A DNA stretch of 32,000 nt from the NCBI GenBank assembly GCA_003345555.1, contig PRDJ01000036.1, positions 82,003 through 114,002 of the forward strand. Reading direction: 5' to 3'. Each line of letters opens with the position of its first letter. Positions within the stretch are counted from its first letter, which is position 1. A program made the position numbers and the translations under genes. The notes under the pieces were generated by a model. That model did not search any database. It was not told where the DNA came from and worked only from the letters and a program-made list of their open reading frames with translations. Positions 17,001 through 23,975 of the stretch are shown piece after piece. The stretch is from Candidatus Thorarchaeota archaeon (lineage in GTDB: Archaea; Asgardarchaeota; Thorarchaeia; Thorarchaeales; Thorarchaeaceae).

Positions 17001-17719
17001 GTCATCTTCAGGAGGCTCTGATTCACCCAGTCGAATCTTTGCTTTGCCTCCTTTCTGTATGCATCAGGGTCTGCAATGGGGATCTCTAGCGTCCCCCTTG
17101 ATGCGATTGCTTTGAGATTCTTTGAACCCATTACTGCTCCAACGCCACACCGACCAGCTGCGCGTCCCCAGTTTTCTTCATCACAATCATTCATGATGGC
17201 TGCGTACCTTACGAGATTCTCTCCTGCAATTCCAATGCAGGCAACATTGAACTTTGACCCATGCTTCTCCCTGAGGAGTCTTGTTGTTTCGGATGTGTTT
17301 TTTCCCCATAGCTCTCCTGCATCTAGTAACTCTGCCTTTCCATCGTCGGTTAGGAGATAGACTGGTTTGGGCGCTTTCCCCTCAAAGATTAGCCCGTCAA
17401 AACCGGAGCGCTTGAAATCTCTTCCCCAGAAACCTGCTGAGTTGGCCTGACCCCAACCGTTTGTAAGGGGCGACTTTGTCACCACGCTATATCGTCCAGT
17501 GCTTGGCGAACTGGTTCCCGTGAGCGGCCCGGTCATGAAGATGAGCTTATTCTCAGGTCCTAGTGGATCGATGCCTTTCTCTGTCTCCTCAATGAGTATC
17601 TTTGTGGCTAGCCCTGCTCCTCCGAGGTACTTACGTAGGGTTTCCTCATCAGGAAATTCCTCGGTTATTGTGGAAGTGGCCAGGTTAATTCGCAGGATTC
17701 TACCCATGTAGCCATACAT
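14078..17719 (-). CDS. aor: Fusion protein: N-terminal tungsten-type aldehyde:ferredoxin oxidoreductase (about 617 aa) plus C-terminal AMP-forming long-chain acyl-CoA ligase (about 578 aa)
   Basis: AOR part: 'YGYMGRILRINL', 'KSPLT', 'AGRCGVGAVMGSKNLKAI', CFSCPIHC, GPEYET, 'EYGIDTIS', 'NRGGDH', 'DAIGGC', 'Y..RGWD..GRPT..KL.ELGL'. Ligase part: 'FTGGTTGLPKG', 'GYGATE', 'GEIWIRGPQVMRGYW', 'MGD', 'DRVKDMI..SG..VY'. No stop between the two parts. ATG 17719 preferred over TTG 17743. Confidence 0.9.
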   Translation of the reverse strand: MYGYMGRILRINLATSTITEEFPDEETLRKYLGGAGLATKILIEETEKGIDPLGPENKLIFMTGPLTGTSSPSTGRYSVVTKSPLTNGWGQANSAGFWGRDFKRSGFDGLIFEGKAPKPVYLLTDDGKAELLDAGELWGKNTSETTRLLREKHGSKFNVACIGIAGENLVRYAAIMNDCDEENWGRAAGRCGVGAVMGSKNLKAIASRGTLEIPIADPDAYRKEAKQRFDWVNQSLLKMTLEVYGTATMVDLVNVKGGIPTRNWQTGVFENAEKINGTAINDSILVKRKPCFSCPIHCGRVSEIREGPFKSKGEGPEYETLSSFGTMCDVDNLEAITLAHFLCNEYGIDTISAGNTVGFAMECYQRGILKHEDLDGMDFSWGNAQLIVDIVHKIGRREGIGNLLAEGTMRIADKLGNGSERFAMHVKGLELPGYDSRAAKITGLAYAVANRGGDHITAYIEGPAFLAMPFMIVENADVGDPLMEIPEIALVVKNFEDALGIFDAIGGCKFMGMVLTSEDWAKLISTLMGYEFSADDFRKTGERIYNLERAYILREGFTREDDTLPPRLLEDPMPEGPAKGHVVNLEVLLDAYYKYRGWDSQGRPTVEKLKELGLEWVAGSIPEYGGFGRGTTGAQMKQVATSDNETAGAVPAASVGVVGDRPWLNGYKIGPFKLKHSMAPYPQMNIYKFLEDSAREFPDIEACEYLDEHITYRELRLKVDKLASAFAALGVKKGDAIATVLPSCPEFIMTDYAAMKIGAIHVPLSIMHKEDDLLHELKESRAQIVVCSSRRVERVNRVKPKTNVRVVIHTPTRVFPDYERPEMERIEDDDCFLLSDLIEQHEPHQETVEIHPCDDIALLPFTGGTTGLPKGTMLTHYNITSAVIQSIQWMMDPLKEGIIGKSAGLICVPIFHAYGHWAVHACISWGMKIYLVDPRDISRIADIINRQRPFVVFAVPAHYTMLSRMDLKKAQIFYFSGAAGLPPNLAEEFEKKTGVPTGEGYGATETSAIVTINISALSKVTGFMAETKRGVGIPVPDTQVKIVDPDTGKELPVHERGEIWIRGPQVMRGYWPVPGSGLKEGGWLPMGDIVEMDNDGYFRIVDRVKDMINVSGNKVYSRVLDDILHEHHAVDVAGVIGIPDPERPGSERVKAFIQLKPEYRGKVSEQDIIDYLKDKVKPYAIPKSVEFRDQLPLTMVMKLFKKKLREEELAKMR

Positions 17720-17758
17720 TGACGTGGATCCCTTTCCGTTCAAGAACTGGAGTCAGAC

Positions 17759-17770
17759 GCTTTTAAAAGC
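17759..17770. promoter_or_regulatory. Palindromic TATA-like box GCTTTTAAAAGC, putative bidirectional promoter
   Basis: Perfect 12-bp palindrome centred in the 82-bp gap between the divergent aor-ligase (ATG 17719) and moaD (ATG 17802) genes. Confidence 0.6.
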
Positions 17771-17801
17771 CTGATGATGGCCAAACTGGTGAGGAGCCCG
17801 G

Positions 17802-18086
17802 ATGAAGGTAAAGGTGAGGTTCTTCGCGCATCTTCGTGAACTAACGGGCAAGAAAGTAATCAATGAGGTCGATTGCGAAGAAGGAGCTACCATCTCGATG
17901 CTCCTGGATTGGCTATCCCTAAACTCGAGAATGAAGGATGTTCTGTTCGACGAGAATCAGAGAATCAAGCCCGACATAACTATCCTGAAGAATGGCAGAG
18001 AGATAAGACTCCTAGAGGGTATGCAGACCAAGCTGCATTCAGGAGATGAAATAGCCATTTTCCCCAAGGTTGTCGGTGGGCAATAG
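17802..18086 (+). CDS. moaD: MoaD/ThiS/SAMP-family ubiquitin-like sulfur carrier
   Basis: 'MKVKVRFFAHLRELTG', 'ILKNGREI..LEG..T.L..GDEIAIFP.V.GG'; SD GTGAGGAG at 17789-17796; adjacent to a pterin enzyme. Ends GGQ-stop. Confidence 0.85.
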   Translation: MKVKVRFFAHLRELTGKKVINEVDCEEGATISMLLDWLSLNSRMKDVLFDENQRIKPDITILKNGREIRLLEGMQTKLHSGDEIAIFPKVVGGQ

Positions 18087-18188
18087 ATGCAGCATTGACC
18101 GAGGTAAGCTCCATTTATCAGTCAGTTTCTTCCTATACGAGAGTACTCAATCTGACGATGAATCATGATAGAGCGGGAATTGGTTGCA

Positions 18189-18638
18189 ATGCCAAAACTC
18201 ATGTCAGCTGAATGGCTGAATCTGTATAGGGAAGCTCTCAACAAGAACGAAGCCTATGCTAAGGCCGCCTCGTGGTGGACTGGCGATTTCGTCTTCGTTG
18301 TCAGGGCAAGTGGTAAGTTGGACCATGACCTCTTTGCGTTCATCGGACTATCACACGGCAAATGCACAGGCGTGAAGTCGTTGGTTTCAGCGAACGACTA
18401 CGAAGTTCTGCAACCTGGCAAGAGCGCAAGCAGTAAAGAGAAAGTCGCTGTGGAATACGTCTACGAAGCAAAGTACGATACGTGGCTAACGATTCTGAAA
18501 GGCGAACTGGACCCTATCCGAGCTCTCCTTAGCGGCCAAGCAACGATTGTGGGTAACATGGCCAAGATTCTCAAGGCTACGGATGCTGCAAAAGAGCTAG
18601 TCCGTACATCAGTGAAGATTGACACTCAGTTCTACTGA
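18189..18638 (+). CDS. SCP2 (sterol carrier protein 2-like) lipid-binding domain protein
   Basis: 'SAEWL..Y.EALN....Y...A..W.GDF.FV', 'Y..W..ILKGELDPI.ALL.G...I.GNM..IL' fit the prokaryotic SCP2 pattern. Alternative start at 18165. Confidence 0.8.
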   Translation: MPKLMSAEWLNLYREALNKNEAYAKAASWWTGDFVFVVRASGKLDHDLFAFIGLSHGKCTGVKSLVSANDYEVLQPGKSASSKEKVAVEYVYEAKYDTWLTILKGELDPIRALLSGQATIVGNMAKILKATDAAKELVRTSVKIDTQFY

Positions 18639-18658
18639 AGATGGCACGGTGAGGAACA

Positions 18659-19069
18659 ATGGATGCCGCAGCGCAAGAGACCCTGTTCTTGACATTCAGA
18701 GCTGTAATTGAAGATGTCATAGCTGATAAACGAAAGAACCCGAGAAATGCTAAGGCCCTTGAGGATTTCAAAGCCCGGATGAATATCGGCCTGCACGTGG
18801 AGGAGGACTTCGTGATGTGGGTGAACTTGGTTGTTGAGGGCGGCAACTATACCCTCAGTAGGGATAGGCTAGATACATATGACTTGGAACTCATATGCGA
18901 TCCCGAGGATATGATGTACTTCACTAATAGGAAATACTCCACACTCAAGATGATGCTTACCAAGAATAGGTTCGGCAATAGAAGACTGCGCTTCAAGGGA
19001 GGTACCACTGGTATGAACTTGGGGAAACTACTGAAGCTACCGAAAGTTCTGGTCTTGGATAAGCCATAG
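18659..19069 (+). CDS. Divergent SCP2-like protein
   Basis: SCP2-like order of elements: helix; strands 'MWVNLVVEGGNYTL'; 'YDLELICDPEDM...T...S.LKMML...R..LRFKG...L.KL'. Confidence 0.55.
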   Translation: MDAAAQETLFLTFRAVIEDVIADKRKNPRNAKALEDFKARMNIGLHVEEDFVMWVNLVVEGGNYTLSRDRLDTYDLELICDPEDMMYFTNRKYSTLKMMLTKNRFGNRRLRFKGGTTGMNLGKLLKLPKVLVLDKP

Positions 19070-19187
19070 ACGAATGCTGTGCCACTCGTATAATTGAGCT
19101 AGTCAACAGTGGTTGTTAGTTCCCAATCGAACGAGGGCTCCATCGTCATTCATGATGAAGACTATGAACCAGAGTTGGGATAGAAAC

Positions 19188-20357
19188 CTAGAACAGGCTG
19201 AGTCCCAGCGGTGGGATTGCCAACACGAGGATGATCATGGCCAGTACGAAAGCAGCCTTTCGTGATGCCGAAATTGGCAGGGTATCATTGAGCGGTCCGG
19301 GATGCCCACCGCCCTGCGATATTACCAGCACTAGTATAGCCATTAAGTAGAAACCCATAAGGAACATCACCGCTATTGCGCCGAATCCAATGATTCTATG
19401 TTTTCCTGAATCGACTAGGCCTCGAAGCGCGTGACCTCCGTCTAGCTGACTCACGGGAAAGAGGTTGAGTGCGGTCACAAGGCAACCAACCCAACCCGCA
19501 AACGCAACGGGATGAAGATAGAGGGTACCGCCCGCCGGAATGCGGCCCTGAAATAGGAACTCCAAGAACGAGAAGATGAGTGGGGTTGGAATCGAACCGG
19601 TCATGTTTGGAAACTCGGCGTCTAGAGCGGCCACTTGCGCGGCCGTAAGGGGTACCGACAACCAGAAACCTATCACTAACACGACAAGCGTAACTACAAA
19701 GCCCGTTACAGGACCAGCCATGCCAAGGTCAAAGAGATCTCGTCTATTACGTGGCGGGCTCTTCTGCTGAATGAATGCGCCGAATGTTCCTCCGATGTCT
19801 GGGATACCTGGGATGAAATAAGGGGGAGTAGAATCTATGCCCCTGCGTCTTGCCGTAAGATAGTGACCCATCTCATGGCAGAAGATTATGCCCATCAGCG
19901 AGGCCATGAAAACCAAGGTTACAAAGGCAATATCGACTATCGTCCAGCCGCTCGGGTAGAACAAGGTCAGAAACACAGGACTCGTGGCCTGCATGAAGCC
20001 CGCAATTCCGATTGTTCCTAGAGTCGCCAGAAAGAGGGCGTAGTTTATTCTGATGTCGGACTTCGGCATCTTCTGAGACGGTACGAACCTGATGACATAT
20101 TGACTCATTTTCTTGTTTTCCCATCGAACGACAGGCCACATGTGCAGGCGATCGCATGATTCATCGAGCTCGTCAAAGACTGTCTCTAGTTCATTCGTAG
20201 AAGGGCTTTCGGCTCCGAGCCACTGAACAAGGAATGTGGGCACACCATACTCCAAGACACTCTCAAGAACCTGAAAATGCCTCGAAAGAATGCCATTCAG
20301 CTCAGTAAAAGTCGGATAGGACATGATACTGCTGTCATGCTTCTCATCTATTGCCAA
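19188..20357 (-). CDS. Site-2 protease (peptidase M50) with an N-terminal soluble domain
   Basis: HEMGH zinc motif in a TM segment, 'PYFIP...GTFGAFI', 'AGP..G', 'NLFPVSQLDGGH'. Start may be TTG 20357 or ATG 20324. Confidence 0.92.
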   Translation of the reverse strand: MAIDEKHDSSIMSYPTFTELNGILSRHFQVLESVLEYGVPTFLVQWLGAESPSTNELETVFDELDESCDRLHMWPVVRWENKKMSQYVIRFVPSQKMPKSDIRINYALFLATLGTIGIAGFMQATSPVFLTLFYPSGWTIVDIAFVTLVFMASLMGIIFCHEMGHYLTARRRGIDSTPPYFIPGIPDIGGTFGAFIQQKSPPRNRRDLFDLGMAGPVTGFVVTLVVLVIGFWLSVPLTAAQVAALDAEFPNMTGSIPTPLIFSFLEFLFQGRIPAGGTLYLHPVAFAGWVGCLVTALNLFPVSQLDGGHALRGLVDSGKHRIIGFGAIAVMFLMGFYLMAILVLVISQGGGHPGPLNDTLPISASRKAAFVLAMIILVLAIPPLGLSLF

Positions 20358-20497
20358 GTCGGCCCAACCTCAGGGACGCCAATCAGTGAAGTGGCTCCAG
20401 ACATCTGCCTATAACTCTGGCGTCTAGTGCACAAGGCGACGTTCTTCACTCGATATCTTGAATAGGTTCAACGGCCTTCGGTGAACGATGGGCCGCG

Positions 20498-21106
20498 ATG
20501 AAATCGGTAGCGTCAAGACTCAGGCAGCTGAAGACCTACTCCTATGAACTGGGTCTAGACCTCGGCAACCCTGATGGCAGATTTGAATGGTTTCTTGCCT
20601 CAATCTTGTTTGCCAAGAGAATCTCAACTCAGATTTCCCGCAGGACATTCGTGAGATTTCGAGAGGAAGGCCTCACTACACCGGATGCAATACTGGAAGC
20701 AGGATGGGACAAGCTCGTGGAAGTCTTAGATTCCGGCGGATACACAAGATATGACTTCTCTACTGCTTCGGCTTTGCTTGACATAATGGGGAATCTTCGC
20801 GAACGATACGGGAGTCTCGAAGCAATCCATGCCCAAGCCGAGTCTTCACGTGACCTAGAGACGAAGCTGATGGAGTTCAGAGGGGTTGGCCCTATCGGGG
20901 TGAACATATTTCTGCGGGAGCTCAGAGGAATATGGGAAAAAGCGAACCCAAACCCTTCAAAGCTGGCAATTCAAGCCGCAAACAAGCTAGATATGAAGAG
21001 AATCGATAAACTCGAGTCCCAGCTTGTTAGACTGTACATTGAATACTGCAAGAAGCGCCTCTGTAGCAACTGTCCGGTCAGGAGCTATTGTTCGGTCGTG
21101 AAGTAG
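20498..21106 (+). CDS. HhH-GPD superfamily (endonuclease III-like) protein with a C-terminal Cys cluster
   Basis: 'FEWFLASILFAKRIS', 'GWDKLVEVLDSGGYTRYD', HhH 'LMEFRGVGPIGVNIFLRE', C-terminal CKKRLCSNCPVRSYC. Confidence 0.75.
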   Translation: MKSVASRLRQLKTYSYELGLDLGNPDGRFEWFLASILFAKRISTQISRRTFVRFREEGLTTPDAILEAGWDKLVEVLDSGGYTRYDFSTASALLDIMGNLRERYGSLEAIHAQAESSRDLETKLMEFRGVGPIGVNIFLRELRGIWEKANPNPSKLAIQAANKLDMKRIDKLESQLVRLYIEYCKKRLCSNCPVRSYCSVVK

Positions 21107-21141
21107 GAAGATTCCAAATGAGATTCGGATCCATGAATTCG

Positions 21142-23061
21142 TTACCGCTCCGGGCTTCTGAAGGCGTTGGCAAATCGGTAGGAGCTATGGATGCAATCCA
21201 GCAGATTGTCGCTTCCTGCAATGGAACCAACGACCTCGACATTGATGCCGTTTTGGCGAAGCTGTTCCACCAGTCTGCTACGAGGCAACGGCTTCGTTGC
21301 GACAATCACTGTATCAGCCGAATACATGATTCTGCGACTGTTCTCATTGACCACCGCATAGTCGCTAGTTATCTCGGACACCTCAACCTTAGGGTGTAAC
21401 CGAACGTTGTTCTCGGTCAGAGCTTTCATTATGATCCAGCGCGTAGAGCGTCCAATGTCTGTGGCTATTGCGTCACCTCTCTCGAGAATATCAATGGATT
21501 CTGCTTGTGGAGCCACAAACAAAGCAGTATAGCAGCCGATTGCACCTCCCCCGATAATGATAGTCCTGCCCAGCTTCGTTGGTGATAGCTCAATTGCATC
21601 ATAAGCTGTCATGACGTGTGTTTGTTCTATGCCCTCGATGGGTGGCGCGCATGGAATTGTGCCGCTGGCGCAAACCACACAGTCATAGAACTCAGCCGCT
21701 AACATGGAAAGAGTGGCGGCAGTTCCGAGGCGCAAGTCCACTCCCAGTCGCTTCAGTTCCCTCCACATGTAAGATGTGTATGCTGCGAATTCGCCTCGAC
21801 CAGGTATTCGGGCGGCAAGTCTCAAGAGTCCGCCCGGTTCCGAATTCTGTTCAAACAAAGTGACATCAAACCCCCTAAGGGCCAAGACCCTTGACGCTTC
21901 CATGCCAGCCGCACCTGCGCCAACCACTGCTATTGACCCCTTTCCTTGTGGGCCAATCGTTCGTTCCGATTCCATTCCGGCCTCCGGATTCAATGCACAA
22001 GTAACAGGTTCAATCATGAAGACCCTGTCCAAGCAGCCTTGGTTGCATGCGATGCAAGGTCGTATCTCTTGGGAACGGCCAGACCTGAGTTTTTCGGGGA
22101 ATTCGGGGTCCGCAATGAAAGCCCTTGACATACCAATGAGACTCACCTTCCCATGAGAAAGGATATGTTCCGCAACGGTAGGGCTGTTGATGCGGTTGCA
22201 GGCTATCACCGGAACTCGTACTACTTCCGCTATTCCTTCAGCTAGATACGAGTAGTGACCTCTTGGCACATTCATTGTGATTTGAGGAACGCGAGTCTCG
22301 TGCCAGCCTCCGGTCACGTCAAAGCAGTCCACACCAGCCTTTGCCAGCCAGGGTGCAAGCTGGCGGGTCTCAACAATAGTATTACCTCCAGGAACAAAGT
22401 CGTCTCCGCTCATTCTGTACAGGATGGGAAACCGGGCTCCGACCCTATGCCTGACAGCTCTCACAACCTCAACAGCAAACTTTGCTCGTGACTCCAAGTC
22501 CCCACCATACTTGTCGCTCCTCAAGTTCGTCACTGCAGTAAGAAACTGATTGATGAGATATCCTGCAGAGCCGATTATCTCAACCGCGTCGAATCCCGCG
22601 GACCTCGCACGAGCCGCCGCGGCTGCGAAGTTGTCGACAGTGACACGTATTTCGTCAATGGACAGCTCTCGAGGAGTCTCACGTGTTAACCGACAGGGGA
22701 CAGCAGATGCAGAGACGGCACTTTCACCTAAAATCAGCGAGTGGGCATATCGTCCAGCATGATAAAGCTGAGCCGCAATGGGCACTTGGAAAGAATGGAC
22801 TGCTGACACGAGGCGTGTAAGACCCGTGATGTGCTCATCCTTGCTTATTCCGATCATTGTTGGGGTGCTCATTCCCAGATGTTCTGTGTAGCATCCGCCG
22901 ACGACGATGAGTCCGGGCCTGTGGCGTGCGCGAACAGAATAGAAATCTATGAGCTTCTGTGAGACAATACCATCTTCGCAGTAACCTAGATGCGTTGCAA
23001 GCATCACAAGCCTGTTTTCAAGACGAAGGTTGCCAATCGAAGCAGGTTCCATGAGATGCAT
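21142..23061 (-). CDS. fadH: 2,4-dienoyl-CoA reductase (FadH-type NADH:flavin oxidoreductase with 4Fe-4S and FAD domains)
   Basis: OYE barrel 'AQLYHAGR', 'GFDAVEIIGSAGYLINQF', 'GGWHETRVP' (FadH Tyr/His pair), CIACNQGC, FAD motif 'VVGAGAAG', second dinucleotide motif 'IIGGGAIG'. Start at MHLMEP avoids overlap with the upstream gene. Confidence 0.8.
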   Translation of the reverse strand: MHLMEPASIGNLRLENRLVMLATHLGYCEDGIVSQKLIDFYSVRARHRPGLIVVGGCYTEHLGMSTPTMIGISKDEHITGLTRLVSAVHSFQVPIAAQLYHAGRYAHSLILGESAVSASAVPCRLTRETPRELSIDEIRVTVDNFAAAAARARSAGFDAVEIIGSAGYLINQFLTAVTNLRSDKYGGDLESRAKFAVEVVRAVRHRVGARFPILYRMSGDDFVPGGNTIVETRQLAPWLAKAGVDCFDVTGGWHETRVPQITMNVPRGHYSYLAEGIAEVVRVPVIACNRINSPTVAEHILSHGKVSLIGMSRAFIADPEFPEKLRSGRSQEIRPCIACNQGCLDRVFMIEPVTCALNPEAGMESERTIGPQGKGSIAVVGAGAAGMEASRVLALRGFDVTLFEQNSEPGGLLRLAARIPGRGEFAAYTSYMWRELKRLGVDLRLGTAATLSMLAAEFYDCVVCASGTIPCAPPIEGIEQTHVMTAYDAIELSPTKLGRTIIIGGGAIGCYTALFVAPQAESIDILERGDAIATDIGRSTRWIIMKALTENNVRLHPKVEVSEITSDYAVVNENSRRIMYSADTVIVATKPLPRSRLVEQLRQNGINVEVVGSIAGSDNLLDCIHSSYRFANAFRSPER

Positions 23062-23066
23062 TTCTT

Positions 23067-23909
23067 TCAGCTCTTGCCGTAGAATTTGTACCACTGTACG
23101 AGCGTACCTTCCGCTCGCCTGTCAGCCGCCTCCGGGTAGTACTTTGGCATCATGCCCAGCTCCAAGAACCGGTCTACAGGCACAGCCTGTTTCAGAGCTT
23201 TCTTGACGCTGGCCTTCAGTGATCTGAGGAAATCGACATGACGAACAACTTCTTCATCTTCGCAGACAGGGCCATGCCCAGGGATGATATGTTTGTAGCG
23301 AGCGTCTCGAAGTACTTCCAGATTCCTGATCCAAGAGTCGGGATTGCATGTCGGATCACCAGCGTACGGGAAGCTGCGGCAGAACAACAAGTCGCCTGAG
23401 AAGCATATATGCTCAGGCTCCACAATCACAATAGACGAATCTGCTGTATGGCCTCCCACTAGCCTGACTGTGATATCCTCAAACTTGCCAATGATGAGCT
23501 CATCTCTGAACAGTATGTCTGGTGTTCTTATCTGCAGATCCTGAACGGACGCCCAGTATTCGGGCCGTTCATCTTTTGCCTGATCCGCATGCTTCCGTAT
23601 CTGTGAAGAAGTCCATTCATGTTTCAGTGCCTCTTTACATGATTCGCCCATCCTCATTGAACCTATCATGCTAGCACTCTCAAATGCTTGAGCACCGAAA
23701 ACATGGTCATCGTGGCTATGGGTGAATATCACCTTCTTGATGGGCTGGCCAAATTGCTCAGATAACCAGTCGCGTGCTGTCTTCGTAATCGTGTGTGCAA
23801 TGCCGGCATCTATCACGACTACCTCTTCATCCAAGACGACAGCCCCGAAGTTGCCGCCGTTTTTCCCGTCCGTATCTGCGTAGGTACGACCTGCCACTCG
23901 ACGGATCAT
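23067..23909 (-). CDS. Metallo-beta-lactamase-fold hydrolase
   Basis: 'VVIDAG', THSHDDH, 'GGHTADS', 'FSGDL', 'IPGHG'. Confidence 0.88.
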   Translation of the reverse strand: MIRRVAGRTYADTDGKNGGNFGAVVLDEEVVVIDAGIAHTITKTARDWLSEQFGQPIKKVIFTHSHDDHVFGAQAFESASMIGSMRMGESCKEALKHEWTSSQIRKHADQAKDERPEYWASVQDLQIRTPDILFRDELIIGKFEDITVRLVGGHTADSSIVIVEPEHICFSGDLLFCRSFPYAGDPTCNPDSWIRNLEVLRDARYKHIIPGHGPVCEDEEVVRHVDFLRSLKASVKKALKQAVPVDRFLELGMMPKYYPEAADRRAEGTLVQWYKFYGKS

Positions 23910-23975
23910 AGGACACCTTCTCTCTGCCGAACCTTCTGTTCGCTTGATATAGTTGCTGAAACAAGTCTTCTGTAT

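Noticed and set aside
18189-20357. SCP2 genes next to a site-2 protease, reminiscent of eukaryotic SREBP sterol regulation
   Set aside because: The genes are convergent, M50 proteases are ubiquitous, and no membrane-tethered transcription factor is present.
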